DNA of 64,000 bases, from the NCBI RefSeq assembly GCF_006345805.1, contig NC_043003.1, positions 41,540,001 to 41,604,000 on the forward strand, written 5' to 3'. This stretch comes from Octopus sinensis. Taxonomy: Eukaryota. Below, in pieces: positions 1-14,667 of this stretch. A program made the position numbers and the translations under genes. Below the pieces are notes generated by a model. That model was not told the origin of the DNA, searched no databases, and was given only the letters and a program-made list of their open reading frames with translations. The first letter of the stretch is position 1. Each line of letters begins with the position of its first letter.

Positions 1-31
<31 letters not shown>

Positions 32-130
32 GTATGTATGTATAATATAGGTAAATATATAGTTACAACGGATAGATAGACAGGAAGAGAGAAATAGAGA
101 TAGAGAGAGGAGAGAGAGAGAAAGAGAATT
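1..130. repeat. (TA)n/(GA)n microsatellite
   Basis: Direct reading of dinucleotide runs. Confidence 0.9.
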
Positions 131-1436
131 TTGGGAGATTGTCAGATAGACAAGATTTTTGAAAATTTGATGTGTCATACAAGGGAACATGGCTAAAATC
201 GTTGTACTTAAAATCTAGTGTTAAGATTTGTTGACTTGCAAAATGACTTGTGGTTACCCAGTATTAATGTAAACTTTAACTGAATGTAATATACTATATG
301 TAAGTGCATCATAATATGTGTAATACATTTTACATATAGCACAATCATATAATTCTACCTCACATATTTGTGATATATACGTGCTAACTGAGACACAGTA
401 TAAGTTCACCAAAGAATTGTTTGGAAATACATTAGTAATAAGTGCCTTTTTACACCAGTCTGTAAACGGTTTCCTTTAAAAGACTGTGCCGTGTAGAGAT
501 GAGAAAAACTTAATACTACAGCAAAGGAACACAAACAAGCCACCGACGAAATAAAAAAAGGAACGAAACAGAAATATAATATAATATAATAATACACACA
601 CACGCACACACATACATATATAAAAGTAATTTAATCAAAAATATTTTGTGGTAAAAAGTCAACATCGAGAAGTAAAAGAAAATAAATACAGTAAATACAA
701 ATATTCTGGAATATTTTCAGGTTCAATTGGTAAGTCGGCAAAAAAATTACGCTAACTAGACGTTAATGCGACACAAATATTAATCCGTTAGTTTGAATAC
801 CTGCCAGTGAATTTCAAACTTGAGTGGAACGCAAAGTTAGTTTTGAAGTGTAGTGTTTATATTAAGAAGGTGGATCGTGTGATGGATGTTGATGGGGCTG
901 CGTTAGAAAATTTTTCGTCAGCATCTGTAGAATTTAACAGTATTAAGAACTCAAGCGAATCGACAAGATGGTGGCATTGATTGCTGGTAGTGATGATGAT
1001 GGTGATGCCGATGCTGGTGCTGGGTTTTCAGAAATGCTGAAGATGAGTGAGCTGGTGAAGAAGAATGACGGTTATGGTAGGGACGGTGCGAAATTGTACT
1101 CAGTGAGCAGATATTTTCTGTCAAAAGGCATTTTCGTTGGCTTTTAAATCTGATTGTGTTTCTCAAGAATAATTTCTTCAGCTGTACTCTAATATTATCT
1201 TTCTCATCACATTACATAGCTCTATCTCTTACACGTTTTTCTCTTCTCTCTCTCTCTCTCGCCCTTTCTCTCTTCATTTCTCCCTCTGTCATTCTGTTTC
1301 TCTGTCTCTGTCAATGTCTCTGTGCTTCTTAGCCTCTCTCTTTTCCCCTATCTCTCTCTCCTAGTTTCTTTCCGTCATCATTTGTGCATTACACGTATAT
1401 TTCCAATATTTGTGCATTCACTTGCCGCTCATTTTG

Positions 1437-1451
1437 TATCTATCTATCTAA

Positions 1452-1526
<75 letters not shown>

Positions 1527-1527
1527 C

Positions 1528-1572
<45 letters not shown>

Positions 1573-1653
1573 AATCTATCTATCTATCTATCTACGCACA
1601 CACATATACACACATATATACATATATATATATCGATCTGTTTACCTACCCTT

Positions 1654-1709
<56 letters not shown>

Positions 1710-1800
1710 CATTTCATATATACATACATATATACATACATACATATATATATATACATAGATCTATGTAAACATACATATATATATATATATATAGGTA
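1437..1800. repeat. Compound (TCTA)n/(TC)n/(TA)n microsatellite
   Basis: Long TCTA array followed by TC and TA runs; explains the spurious IYLS ORFs. Confidence 0.95.
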
Positions 1801-2319
1801 CATATCTGTTTTCCCTCGAACTACTTTCTCAATAACTCTATGCGTGTGAATATATGTATATATATATAGTTATATATATATATATATAGACAGAGAGAGA
1901 GAGAGAGAAGGAGAGAGATAAATAAATAGAGAGATATTTACGTATATATGGATATAGGTGTATTTCTATGCGTATCAGAAATATAGTTTCTTATTGTATA
2001 TTCTCTTCAATTCATTTAATTCATGTCTTGTTCTACTTTGCCAATCTCTGTTTTACTGCAATGTGCTCCCTGTATTATTCAAACTTTACACAAATTGCAC
2101 ACACCCAAGCACACATGCGAGCACACACACGCACATATATCTTTAAACCCTCCCAATTTTACCTATTTTGTATTCTCCTTCTCATTTAACGTGTTTCTCC
2201 TTGTCGGTTTCGTCAGCGCACGTTGCATTTAGGCTGTCTCAGTATCTTTACTCCTGTTTTTCATGTCTTACATTCTCTCACTTTTCTTCTTGTCAAATCG
2301 TCTATTATGTTGTTCTTGT

Positions 2320-2394
2320 TATTATTATTATTATTGTTATTATTATTATTATCATTATTGTTACTATTATTATTATTTATTATTATTATTATCA

Positions 2395-2431
<37 letters not shown>

Positions 2432-2494
2432 ATTATTATTGTTATTATTATTATTATTATTAATATTATTATTATTATTATTATATTATTATTA

Positions 2495-2552
<58 letters not shown>

Positions 2553-2620
2553 TTATTAATTATTATTATTATTATTATATTATTAATTATAATAATAATA
2601 ATAATTATTATTATTATTGT
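2320..2620. repeat. (ATT)n microsatellite
   Basis: About 300 bp of imperfect ATT/TAT repeats. Confidence 0.95.
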
Positions 2621-5600
2621 TACACACACATACATATATATATATAATATATATTTAGTATAGACTTTACATATACAGACCCTCTGTATATCAAATATGA
2701 GTGAGTATATCCCCTCCACACACACTCAGATAAGCCCATGCATTTATTTTACATAGTATTTCCTCCATGTTCCTTTCTTATAGTTCGCATCCTCACCGTT
2801 TTCGATCTCAAAAGAAAATTCATTATTTAATTTTCAGATTCTAAAATAAAACAAAAAGCAAATCCGGCTGCAATGTCCATTTTTTCTGGCTCATTTTCAC
2901 TTTTTATCTGTATTTCTCTTACGCTCTTTCTCTCTCTCCCCCTCTCTCTATCTCTCTCTAATCTTGGAATAAAACAGTTTCCGTAAAATATATGGCATTT
3001 CACAAATCTGTAATATAGATAAATATTGATATAAAGAGTTGAATACACGTAGATCAGCACAAACACACACATACAATAACGCGCGTGTGCACACACACAC
3101 ACACACACATACAATAACGCGCGTGCACACACACACACACACACACACACCACACACACACACTTCATGAATGATTCATAATAGTGTTTAGTTGAGGTTT
3201 AGAGTCTAGCAGTGAGAATATGAGAGTTATTGCAAAATGATGCATCATATGAGCAACGGTTGATCCTTGATGGAGACGTTTCTTTGTGTGAAGAGTACTC
3301 ACTGCTGTTGTCGGCAAAACAAGAAGCAGCTATTGATTGAGCCCATTATCTGTTTCGTGTTGATTTAGTATTTATCTGTCTTGAACAGCCATTTTGTCGT
3401 TGCAGACTAGGATATTGGTGTGTATTAGTAACATGTTTGCAAATATATGTATTCGCATTAGCATGTTTTTTTAATATTTTTATGTTGTAGAGAGTATTAA
3501 TTTGTGAGGTCATCGATATAGCCTCTTAAATATTCTCAATCGACTCATATATTGCAATACAGGTATAACTTCAGTTTTGCGGAACCTTTAATTCAAAATC
3601 TTTCTAAGTTACAGATGTTACTGAACCAGTGCTGGCAGGGTCTTAATCGAACAAATATCATATTTACATAAATAGTTAACTGAAACATATGTACCTATAC
3701 TCTTGCATACACGAACCAAGTTTATGTATACAATATTGTGTAAGGCACGTTGAATTGCAGTCACCCAATAAACCAGTCTAGTGCCGCAAGAATCTGAAGT
3801 TCCTGTTCGTAGACTAGTACAGTTTATAAGAATTCCCATACAATCAGTTTCCGGAAAGTGATTGTTTCACCTATATTCCTATTTACTATTATTATTGATG
3901 CGTAGGGCAGATAAAACGTACACTTGAACATTCCGACTAATCGCCAACGCTTTAATATGCATAAATAGACATATTGGCAATATACATAAAGAGGCAGCTG
4001 CTTACTGAGGTTTTTTATGCCCAAATGCATCTAAATGGAGGAATATTACTTTCATTATTTAATCGAATGTCTTCACATTGATTCTCATTGAGCGAATCAA
4101 TGATAAAAGGCTGTATGCCCTTCACCAGACACATTGGATGTTTTAGACACAGTTAATGTAATACTCTAAGACAGAGTATAAGGGCTATTTCCAGCATGTT
4201 GAGAGGCCAAGTAGAGGCTTCCTTGCTGCTTTGTAATTCTAATAGACATTTAGAGAGTCAATTCATGGGGAAGAAGACTGCAAAGTTACATTTATTGTTC
4301 ACAATGTATAGTAATATCACTTTTCTTTTTACTGTTGCAAGTTTGTAGGTTCGAAATAGTGAGTAGCATCTGGTATGTGAGGCAATTTGTTAAATTGAAT
4401 GGATTCAGTCAACTTGGAATTGAAGATTATAAAGGCAATATTGCAATAGATGAGAGACGTTGAGCTTAAGAATGGAGAATCGTAGAAAATGTCACAATTT
4501 CCGTACGTTTGAATGGATTTTATAAAACAAAATAATATTTACAGAGTATTTCAACGGGGCAACGAACTGTTTAAACCAGTCAGTTATCGTGTTGGCCTTT
4601 AGATATTGGAGTTGTCATTGGAGTTTCTGCTTAGCTCCAGGTCTGGCGGGGTATTTCCTTTACGACTGTCCAATATTATCCAATCCGTCCGTCATTTTTA
4701 GGAAGAGAAATAGTGACATAAGAAGAAATTGTGGTTCCAATTTATGTTTACACTCAGGCTAATCTTAAAGAAACAATCGTTTTAATAAAGTCGTTCTAAA
4801 CATGATCCATCTGTCTGCTTAAACGTATCTAGAATTACATTATTGAATATCTCCTCTCCAGTTTGAAAATTGCCGGGCGTGATTTGACGGAGACTTGGTT
4901 TCTGTCTGCTGTTTCTATCATTTCTATAATGTCAACGCAGCGCTAATTCGTTGTCTCGCGATCCGAAATTTTTTTTTGCCGTGAGAATTGAGCACATGTG
5001 TTTTTGATAAATACCTTGGAGAGGAAGAATAGTTCAGAGCAGATTGCTTGCGTGGGGAGAGTTTGTAGATTCGAAGGAACAACAGGCAGAAAAGAATTTA
5101 CCAACAAGGACTCTTTATATATAGTTAAGAATTTAAAATTAAAATTTAGATTTCTGTAAAATTAATAGAGAACACATTATGCAAATACTGACAGGTCCAC
5201 AATATTGCAAAGTATACGAGTTATGATAATGTATTTTGTTCCTTAACAGTGTTTATTATGCAGCCTTCAAATAATAATGCACGGTAATCAGTAATGTGCT
5301 GCCTTGAAAGGCAAACTAATCGGATAATCCGATGAAGATAGTGGCAGTAATAATTTCCAAATGCGTTGAAAAGTGAAATAAAATATAAGAAAAATATTTC
5401 AACAGTCATTGTGTTTGTTGTCTAGGGATACTGGTAGGAAAGGATATTAAATGATGTTGACAGGAATGATTGGCAAAAAATCCAGCTTCCATATTCGATT
5501 TGTCGTTAGACCATAGTGGAATGAAGTTTGCAGTGATGAAAATATTTACACAGATGTACGTATTGAGACTTCTTCAGTGAAGTTAAAATACACGTAGAGG

Positions 5601-5895
5601 TTGGATGTATTTGGACAGAATAAGCAGAGAGTAATGAGTAAGTGTGCTTTGAGCCAGGGTAACTGATTCGTGGTTGTCCTGGTAATAGTGATGAATGGTA
5701 AGTTGATTTCAAGTATAAAAATAGAATTTTCCATCTCTATATCTATTTTCTATATGTCTCTCTATCTTTAACTGTCATTTATTCTTTTTCTTTTGACGTT
5801 TTGTGCATTTCGTAGTCAACCTCAAAAGTTTATCTAGCATTATATCTTCAAGTGTATACATTCAGATGTATACAAACACACACACACAAACACAC

Positions 5896-5926
<31 letters not shown>

Positions 5927-6440
5927 TTTATAAATGATACAAAGTTTAGCATATTACAAAGAGGAGATAAGAAAATACTAAGCGTGTTATGTTGACGGCT
6001 AGGAAACTTATAAATACACAAAACATACATGCATACACAACTGTGTGTGCGTGCGGCGCGTATGTTTGTGTGTGTGTGTGTGTGTTTATTTATATATGGT
6101 AGTAGTCTACACCTTACACAGTCTGACCTTCTCTTGCACTTACACCTTAGATCTATCATGGCGTCTGATGTGGCTTTTTAAACCAATGTTTGAAAAGACA
6201 CCCACAAAGATTGCATATCTGATTTGGACCACCAAGAACTGCAATTAAATTCTAATGTTTGTGGATCATAAAATGTCTCTTGAAGTTTCCGTTAGATTTG
6301 CAGACATATGGCATACACGGCATTGGCAATTTTGTACAGATATATAGGCAGCATAATTGAGTGAAGGTTGGTTTCTAATGGGTCTGCGAATGAGATTTGA
6401 ATCCAGCAAAGACTGAAATTCAAAACCGGTTTCTACTCCC

Positions 6441-6593
6441 CTCATTAGGGAACACTTATACGCTGACGATTGCGATCTCGTCAGTCACTCAGAATCAGGC
6501 CTGCAAACTCTTGTATCTGCATTTGACTCAGCTTCTGATGATTTTGGCTTGACCAACAACTTGGAAATAACAGTCGCAATGTATCAACCTGCA
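6441..6593 (+). mobile_element. RTE-clade non-LTR retrotransposon RT fragment (pseudogene)
   Basis: Translates LIREHLYADDCDLVSHSESGLQTLVSAFDSASDDFGLTNNLEITVAMYQPA, with YADD at 6459-6470 and an RTE-like downstream context; upstream sequence is frameshifted. Confidence 0.85.
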
Positions 6594-6627
6594 TGTGGTG
6601 CTGTTTGCAATACAAGATTTTCGTTAT

Positions 6628-6674
<47 letters not shown>

Positions 6675-6685
6675 TAAACACGTAT

Positions 6686-6922
6686 ATTTCTTATTTCTTT
6701 ATTGCCCACAAGGAGCTAAACATAGAGGGGACAAACAAGGACAGACAAAGGGATCAAGTCGATTACATCGACCCCAGTGCGTAACTGGTACTTAATTTAT
6801 CGACCCCGAAAGGATGAAAGGCAAAGTCGACCTCGGCGGAATTTGAACTTAGAACGTAGCGGCAGACGAAATACGGCTACGCATTTCGCCCGGCGTGCTA
6901 ACGTTTCTGCCAGCTCGCCGCC
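6686..6922 (-). mobile_element. tRNA-derived SINE family A, near full length
   Basis: Minus strand starts GGCGGCGAGCTGGCAGAAACGTTAGC (A-box-like), has B-box-like AGTTCAAATTCC, and a body matching several other copies in the window. Confidence 0.9.
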
Positions 6923-8084
6923 TTATGGACGTATATTTATTCACATATGTACATATATGTGATTTTAATTCATATAGTTTGCAAATCTTTATGTAATACC
7001 AAATAAAAGGAAAATAATAAAGAACAGATAACATGACATGACATATTGCATTCTTTTAGAAACAAGCTAGTAAGAATACCTCTGACTTCTGCTCCTTCCT
7101 TTTCATTTGCATGGCGTTTGCAATTGCTCATGGAATTCTCTTCTCATATGTTGTCCCATGAATGTAGGCTATGTTACGAAACTATCAAGAGATTTATCTC
7201 TGCTAATATCTTCAATACATTTCTAGAGAGAACCGCTAGTGTAATTCACAAAGTGATTATATCTCTCCACAATTAATAGCTTTATTGTGGAAAAAATATA
7301 GCGATTGAGTAGGCAATATTGTATAACGAATTTTTAAAAGTGTTTAAAGTTAGTAAACATCTATAGAATCGTCATGATATCGTTGGCATATCAGTCAGAA
7401 CATAAAACTGTTGAACTCAACTATTTAAAAATAGTTATTATTATCATAATCAATACTCCGGCAATTCAGATGCTACGGCCTTTAAAAACAGAGCATACAT
7501 GTGATACTATAAACCTAGATATTCTACGTTTTGATAAAATATAGTTTCAGATAGAATTATTTATCTCATCTTATGTCATCATCTCACAACCTAAGCAACC
7601 TAATTAGACACAAAGTCGGCAAATCAAGATGTAAGATTTGGAAGAAATACAATAATATACAGTTCTCGAACTGGAGAAAATAGTATTGACAAATGCATAT
7701 AATTCATAGAGTTGAAAGCAATGATTGCTGTCAGAGAGAGAAATGGAACATTTTACATGGGTCTCCATAATTCATGGAAACCTAAACCGCGGCAATGAAA
7801 CATATGCCCTGTGAATACAACCATTGCTTAATAAAGTAACACAAAACATATAATGATACTCTATCATATCTGATACATATAACCCATACCGCACACATGA
7901 AGTGTTTTACTTAACACTTACTACTTATGTGCTATACAATAAAAAAATATGCAAAATCCTACAGAGTATATGTTGTGCTCTATCAGCAGTCGGCATTATG
8001 TCAACAATTATAGGTCATGTAATATATAAGCTGTATAATAACCATCAAAGAATAATAACAAATCACATATCGCATAGTGATCTA

Positions 8085-8210
8085 CTGGTACTTATTTTAA
8101 TGACGCGGAAAGTCGACATCCGTGGCATTTGAAATCAGAACGCAAAGTGCTAACTGAAAGGGTGCGAAACATTTTGTCCAGCGCAGAAACGATTCAAACA
8201 TGTCGCTTGT
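8085..8210 (-). mobile_element. SINE family A, degenerate fragment
   Basis: ctggtacttatttt...aaagtcgac...catttgaaatcagaacg resembles the copy at 6686-6922. Confidence 0.5.
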
Positions 8211-9814
8211 TGAGCTACAAGAATATCATTCAAAATAATTATAATTGTGGTACATATGTACATATTGGAGGCTATTGTCTCAATATATTACCAAAGTTGA
8301 AGACTGAATAACTTGAAAAAAAATTGTTTTGCTCCGTACTTGTCAGTAATACGAAATCAATGGTCTATCTTGGTGGCTACGACTGTGTCTGATTAATAGC
8401 TGATATAATAAACACGTGGTAAACATGTGGTATTGGGTGATAATCCATACTGACTACCGGTACTAAATATACATTTTGAGGACCATAAATAGTTACACGA
8501 ACGAAAGCAACCAAAACAAAAAAAATTAAAGCACTCAAACAAAAATGAAAGATCAGACATTATCGCAGATTTTATTTCCCAAGTGTCTATCATTTAAAAA
8601 TAAACCGAGGTATATTTTGATAGTAATGGGTCCTTGAATGTTTAATAGATAAGAAAATAAAATCACATTCTCAAACACACATATATACACACACGTTCAC
8701 ACACATACATATATATAAACTGCTACATATCTGCCTAGATAAACGGTATTCCCTTGGGTGAGAAAGTGAATGTGTGATATTAGTCTAATCAATTAGGCTA
8801 TAATTGTATATTCAGCAGTGTCAGTTGCTTCTAAAAATTTGCTCTTTCAATTTACATCTGCAGCTTAACATATAAATAATGTTCATTTTATCATACTCGC
8901 CTTCATTGCATTTTAGGTTTTATGATTGAAATATACAAATAAATAAATAAAAGAAATCAATGCAAGGGACTTCGTGCATGTACCTGAACGATATACTACA
9001 AACGAAAGGTCTTAGTCCTTTCAACTAAGAACTCTGATAAACAAACAATCATAATTCAAGGAATGATATAAATCTATTTTAGTGCAAATTCCCTATAAAG
9101 CATTCGATACCATGTATAGCATTATAACCAAGAGGGGTGACTGTATCCCTTGAAATGTCGTTGTAAATTTGGTCTAGTTAGGAGCTATTTGGATTGCATA
9201 TTGTTTGAGATTAGTAAAAAATTGTTTTCTATATTAGCTTTCTTTATTCTTCAGTTTTAAGGACTTCATGACAGATGAGGTACAATACGTGTAAAGGTTT
9301 AGTGTTAACACAGATTACTCTAATCTACATTCTGTCTATTATGTTGTATTTCAGAGTCAGGTTACCGCCAACTCGCGTACTTGTATAATATAATCACTTT
9401 ACTCATTGTTAATAATAATAATAATCATAATAATAAACACCTACGAGATGATATCATTGTACGTTTTGGAAAATCATGCACGAAAGCATCGATCACATAC
9501 TGAAAAAAAAAGTTATTTTCATTTGTATTTCTTGTTTTCTTTACATTAGAGAAAAAAAAAACTAATAAAGAAGAACCTCGCACCGACATAAAGAGATGGC
9601 AAACTAGTCACCTTTGAAAGGTGATAATTTGGATATAAATCATATTTTCAGTCACATTTACCACACACACACAGACGCACATCTGCGCACACACACACAC
9701 GCAGACACACACACACACTCCTTCTCTCTCTCTGTTTTTCTCTCTCTCTCTATCTCTCTTTCTCTCTCTAACACATGCACACGCCCATGCACCCACTCAT
9801 ACGCATTCACGTAC

Positions 9815-9935
9815 GCGTAGCCGTATCTCGCCCGTCTTTACACCCTGAGTTCAAATTCCGTGAAGGTCGACTTTGAATTCAGACTTCCGGGGTCAATAAA
9901 ATAAGAACTAGTTGAGCTTAACTCCTCCCCTAAAT
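9815..9935 (+). mobile_element. SINE family A, partial
   Basis: gcgtagccgtatctcg...ctgagttcaaattcc...aggtcgacttt...cggggtcaataaa matches the family A body. Confidence 0.7.
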
Positions 9936-12505
9936 TTTCAGTATGTGTTTTCACATTTTTAGGGCGTCAGGGTACGATGTAGGAAAGGTTGTTGCTATTT
10001 CAGAATATGTCATTCGTTTTGACACACTGGTGGTGGTTCATCATTAAGCATTTATATACAATACAAATGAATTTGCCATAGAATGACTTGGGCAAATATA
10101 AATTGCATCTGGTGGCGAAAGTCCTGCTCAGAAGATCCGTTTTGAGAAGGAGAACAGAATTACCACTACTGCTATTGGTCAAATTACAAATGCTAGTCTG
10201 ATGGCTTGCACGCAGTGCTCAGAGAGGAGAGTAGACACCTACATATGTGTGGAGATAATTTCACGGCTCATTAACCTGAACACATGCTTAATGTTTAAAT
10301 TGGTCCCTCGAAATAAGAATAAGTTGTGGTGTGCAGAAAAATACAGGAGTAAACTGCAAACAAATCAATAGAAACTTATATAGATTCTACTGATTAATTT
10401 TCAGCAAGAAAAATTATGAATCTTCAGGTTTTGGCATGGAATTCCATAATCACTGATGGCTGCAGAAATGTGCAAGATTAAAGCTGATCTAGATCCAACA
10501 TTATAAGGACAAAACCCTATAAAATTAGTCGTCGAATACACCACAGCTTATCCCTTCGGAAGAGATAACTTAATAAATGATATCGCCCTGTCTATATTGT
10601 TTCTGAAATTTAAGCGAAATATTTATGGTCAGAACCATCATGTACTCAGGCCGCTTTAATAAGGATTGCGCTGGAGCTAACGTGTGACAACATTGAAAAT
10701 AATCTTACGCCAGACATAAATCCTATTTCATTGACTAAAGCTAGTTAAAACATCATTGCTATAAACTAACGATATTCACTTTTCTACTTGTACCTTTCTC
10801 CCCAGAAATGTGCTCTACTAAATCTTCTTTGTGCACAACCTAGAGAAGATAAAAATCAAAGACCATCTATATAAACTTCACCAGTTTGGGAGGTAAGATT
10901 TCATGATCACTTCGCCTTATGCTCGTACAAAATCATTTTGATAAAAAGCAATATAAGTATACTTGAAAACCTTAGAAAACGGCAAATTTACGCCATATAT
11001 ATGAAAGATATTTCACTCACCATTATAACAAATACAAGAAAACTGCCTCTAGAATCATATGTTCTCAACTATAATGTACAAAAATCAATATTTTTATTTT
11101 GAAAAGTTTCTAAATTTTGTATAAACTAAGGTGTCTATCATAATATTTTACGAAATATTCTTTTTATACAAGCTACCATTATTGATCCATATAGCCCTTC
11201 GGATCGTATTTATATATTGAAAATGTGACTTTGATTTTATTCCAAAATAATAACCAAATGTCTTATATTAAAAGTAGAAAAAGATTATAAAAATTTAGAT
11301 AAATTAAGAGAGCGATCGGAACACCTCATACCTATCACTACAAAGTCTCCAAGAAGAATTCTATCGGAGAAAAAAAATTGAAATATCAAAATAAACATGG
11401 AATCATTGAGTCCGAGAAATTTAGTAATAGTCCGCGCTGGAGAATTGTATTGTAAAAAGTTAAGAGAATGGAACAAAACATTTCTGCCGTTAAATAAATG
11501 AGTAGTGTAGTCTCATCCCACGAAAGAATTCTACCCGAAACTTTAGGCTTTTCTTCCCCACCCTTTAACATACCATTCATTGTATTTATAAAAGAATTTG
11601 TATGTCTATATATTAGGTTTATTTTTTTCTATGTTTCTTTTCTATAAGGTTTACTTGTAAAACGAATGAAGCTGATAATTTTAAACGATAATATGCGTAT
11701 TGATGTCAGCGTTGGTTGAAGAATAGAAGAACAACAATAGCGGGCTATTGGAAAACACTTATTACTCATCAATAAAATTACAACAAAGCACATTCATGTT
11801 ATACTCTCGGCAGATAACAGTTACAAGTTTACAGACATGATCAAAAAGTTATGTTATGCTGGCATATAATTAATCAAAAGTGGAAGTCGTAAATAAATAA
11901 TCTGTGAGAAAATAAAATGATAATTACTACTTTATATTTTATTCAGAAATGAATATACAGGAGCATCATAATTATGCATGGAACATAATATACGTAGACA
12001 TTTATATAACAGGTATATTAATAGAATAACTAGCGATCTTATATCTGAAAATGTTGCACTGAAGCACACGCACAAACACATACATCCAATACAATACACT
12101 TACATACACAGACAGGTACATACGTAACAACAAAACTAATTTCATTCTGAAAACAGCTATGATTTTTCAGTTACACGCACGCATGGGAATATAGACACAC
12201 ATGCACATACAAAGACAGGGATTGAGAGAGAGGGAGAGGGATATCAAAATACAACAGACATCACATTCGTAGACACGAAAATAAATTTTTAGCTTTCTTA
12301 TAATTTTATCCGTCTTTTTTTCGGCATTCTCTGTTTGTTATGTCATTTCCTCATTGCTCTTCTTAAATGTATGTAGGTACATGCGTAAGTACGTACGAAC
12401 ATATATATGTATATATGTATGCATGTATGTATGTATGTATGTATGTATGTATGTATGTATGTATGTATGTATGTATGTATGTATGTATATACATGTGTAC
12501 ATTGT

Positions 12506-12867
12506 GGAAGCGCAATGGCCCAGTGGTTAGGGCAGCGGACTCGCGGACGTAGGATCGTGGTTTTGATTTCCAGACAGGACGTTGTGAATATTTATTGAGC
12601 GAAAACACCGAAAAATCCACGAAGCTCGGGAAGGGGCTGTTGGTGATCCCTGCTGTACTCTTTAACCACAACTTTCTCTCACTCTTGTTTCTGTTATACC
12701 TGTATTTCAAAGGAGCCAGCCTTGTGTCATGATGAGTCTCCCGAGAACTACGTTAAGGGTACATGTGTCTGTGGAATGCTCAGCCACTTGCATGTTAATT
12801 TCACGAGTAGGCTGTTCGTTGATCGGATCAAGTGGAACCCCCGTCATCGTAACCGACGGAGTGCCAC
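12506..12867 (+). mobile_element. tRNA-derived SINE family B
   Basis: tRNA-like head GGAAGCGCAATGGCCCAGTGGTTAGGGCAGCGGACTCGCGG...GGTTTTGATTTCC; 3' part shared with 28090-28356. Confidence 0.8.
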
Positions 12868-13079
12868 GATGTACATTCATATACAGTAATCCCCTCGACT
12901 GCCGCAAGTGTTACGTTCCACCCTACCCACCAAGAGATAGGTGATAATCCGTCAAGTAGAAACAATATTGTATCGTATTGTATATATTTTTATGATTTGT
13001 ATATGTTTATTTTATTATAAATGCAAAAGAAACACCACAGAGAAATTGACGTAATCTTAAATAATAAACCACGAGAGGT

Positions 13080-13320
13080 GAATCCTGACGGTTGCCATAG
13101 TAACGAAGCTAAAGCAAGCACAATAAAGCCACTTGGCACATACTAACCTTAAACTCTGCTCTACACGACTAGTAACATTTAACGTTCTAGCTCGCATCCA
13201 CTGTGTACAGCAGTACCTGGGAGGAAGGTGATATTTTTAGAGAAAGTTGAACAGAAACTCTGCATAAAATTTAACTAAAAGCTTGGCGATACCTGTACAG
13301 GGACCTACGTAAAGTTTTCA
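13080..13320 (+). mobile_element. mariner 5' end fragment
   Basis: Subterminal gttgccatagtaacgaagctaaag shared with 13305-13929; encodes EQKLCIKFN*KLGDTCTGTYVKF, like a mariner transposase N-terminus. Confidence 0.7.
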
Positions 13321-13929
13321 GTAGAGTTTTCATCATTTTCAACACAATCAAGGAGACCTTGTGCTAGCGAAACGTAAATGCCTTTTTGGTCAGCTGAAAG
13401 TAGTTTTTGCACAAACTTGGCAGACACGTGTTTTATACCCAACTCTTCAGTGATAATGGACTGAACTGAGCCGTAACTAATCCACACATCCTCTCATAAC
13501 TCACGAATGGTGCTTCGATGATTTCCCCTCACAGATGCACGCACATTTGCTATGTTTATTTCAGTTCTGCTCGTTGCAGGTCTCCCAGAACATTCATCAA
13601 TAATGACATTTTCTCACCCATCTTGGAAACATCTGAACCTCTCGTACATGTGTGTGCGGCTCATACACTCCTCTTCATACATTTTCTGCAACTTTACTTA
13701 GGCCTCTGAGCAGGCATCCCCATGACAACTTTTTCTGTCATGGTCAATGAAACGATCCCGCACTACACACCTTCTTTCCAAGTAGTGCTGTAAACAGTGG
13801 AAGTGAGCTAGAACGTCAAATCATAGTGCGCATGCACAGAAGAGTTCACGGTCAATTTGTGACAAGCGACTTTAGCTTCGTTACTATGGCAACAATCCGG
13901 AACATTAAACTTATTGATCAGACTTCGTA
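13305..13929 (-). mobile_element. mariner 5' half with TIR (decayed)
   Basis: Starts TACGAAGTCTGATCAATAAG (mariner-type TIR after TA); encodes ISYGSVQSIITEELGIKHVSAKFVQKLLSADQK...LLDCVENDEN. Confidence 0.85.
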
Positions 13930-14015
13930 TGTATACATACAAAGAAAGATAGAGCAATAATCATATACACACATATATGCATACATACAAGGATTCACAC
14001 ACACAGACACTCACG

Positions 14016-14067
<52 letters not shown>

Positions 14068-14592
14068 TGTGTATATGTATATAAATATATACGTATAAGA
14101 ACACATACTCGACATGTATACGCGCAGGCACGCGCGCATAAATGCATAGATGTGTGTATCTTTGTCACCTTTTTCAGTCATTGGACTGCTCCTATGTACT
14201 GTCTTGAAGGACCTAGGCAAAGAATTCGAGCTCAGTATTTATTTTGAAGCCTAGCGCTTAGTCTGTCGTTCTAGTTTTGTCAAACCACTAAGAAACGGCT
14301 ACATAATAAAAACACTGATTACCAAGGGGCAGTTGGGGGCAAACACAAGCACAAACATAAAGTTTAGCTTCACCAAATCCACTTGCAAGGCTTCTGTGGG
14401 CTCGATACTGAATCTGTAAGCATTTTTTTTTTTTAGAATTTACAAGCATAAAGATGTTTTGATGAATGCGCCAGAGTGGAAATATGATGACCAGGAGAGA
14501 ATGAGAACAGGAACACAATTTATGAAAACCAGGTTTTGTAGCTTGTTGTTGAGACAATCAGCCAAGTTATCGTTCCCTCGGTGTACCCAGCA

Positions 14593-14667
<75 letters not shown>

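Noticed and set aside
2183-2220. Minus-strand CUGACGA...GAAACACGUU hammerhead-like core
   Set aside because: No stem I complementarity and only a 2-bp stem II; consistent with chance.
3200-5800. Long repeat-poor stretch suspected to be an old retroelement or exons
   Set aside because: No convincing motif in any frame examined.
10500-10620. LINDIAL (trypsin-like) or KPYKIS (gypsy-like) peptide snippets
   Set aside because: Short motifs surrounded by stops, with two incompatible interpretations.
12506-12580. tRNA gene
   Set aside because: The cloverleaf is incomplete and continues into a SINE body shared with another copy; annotated as a SINE head.
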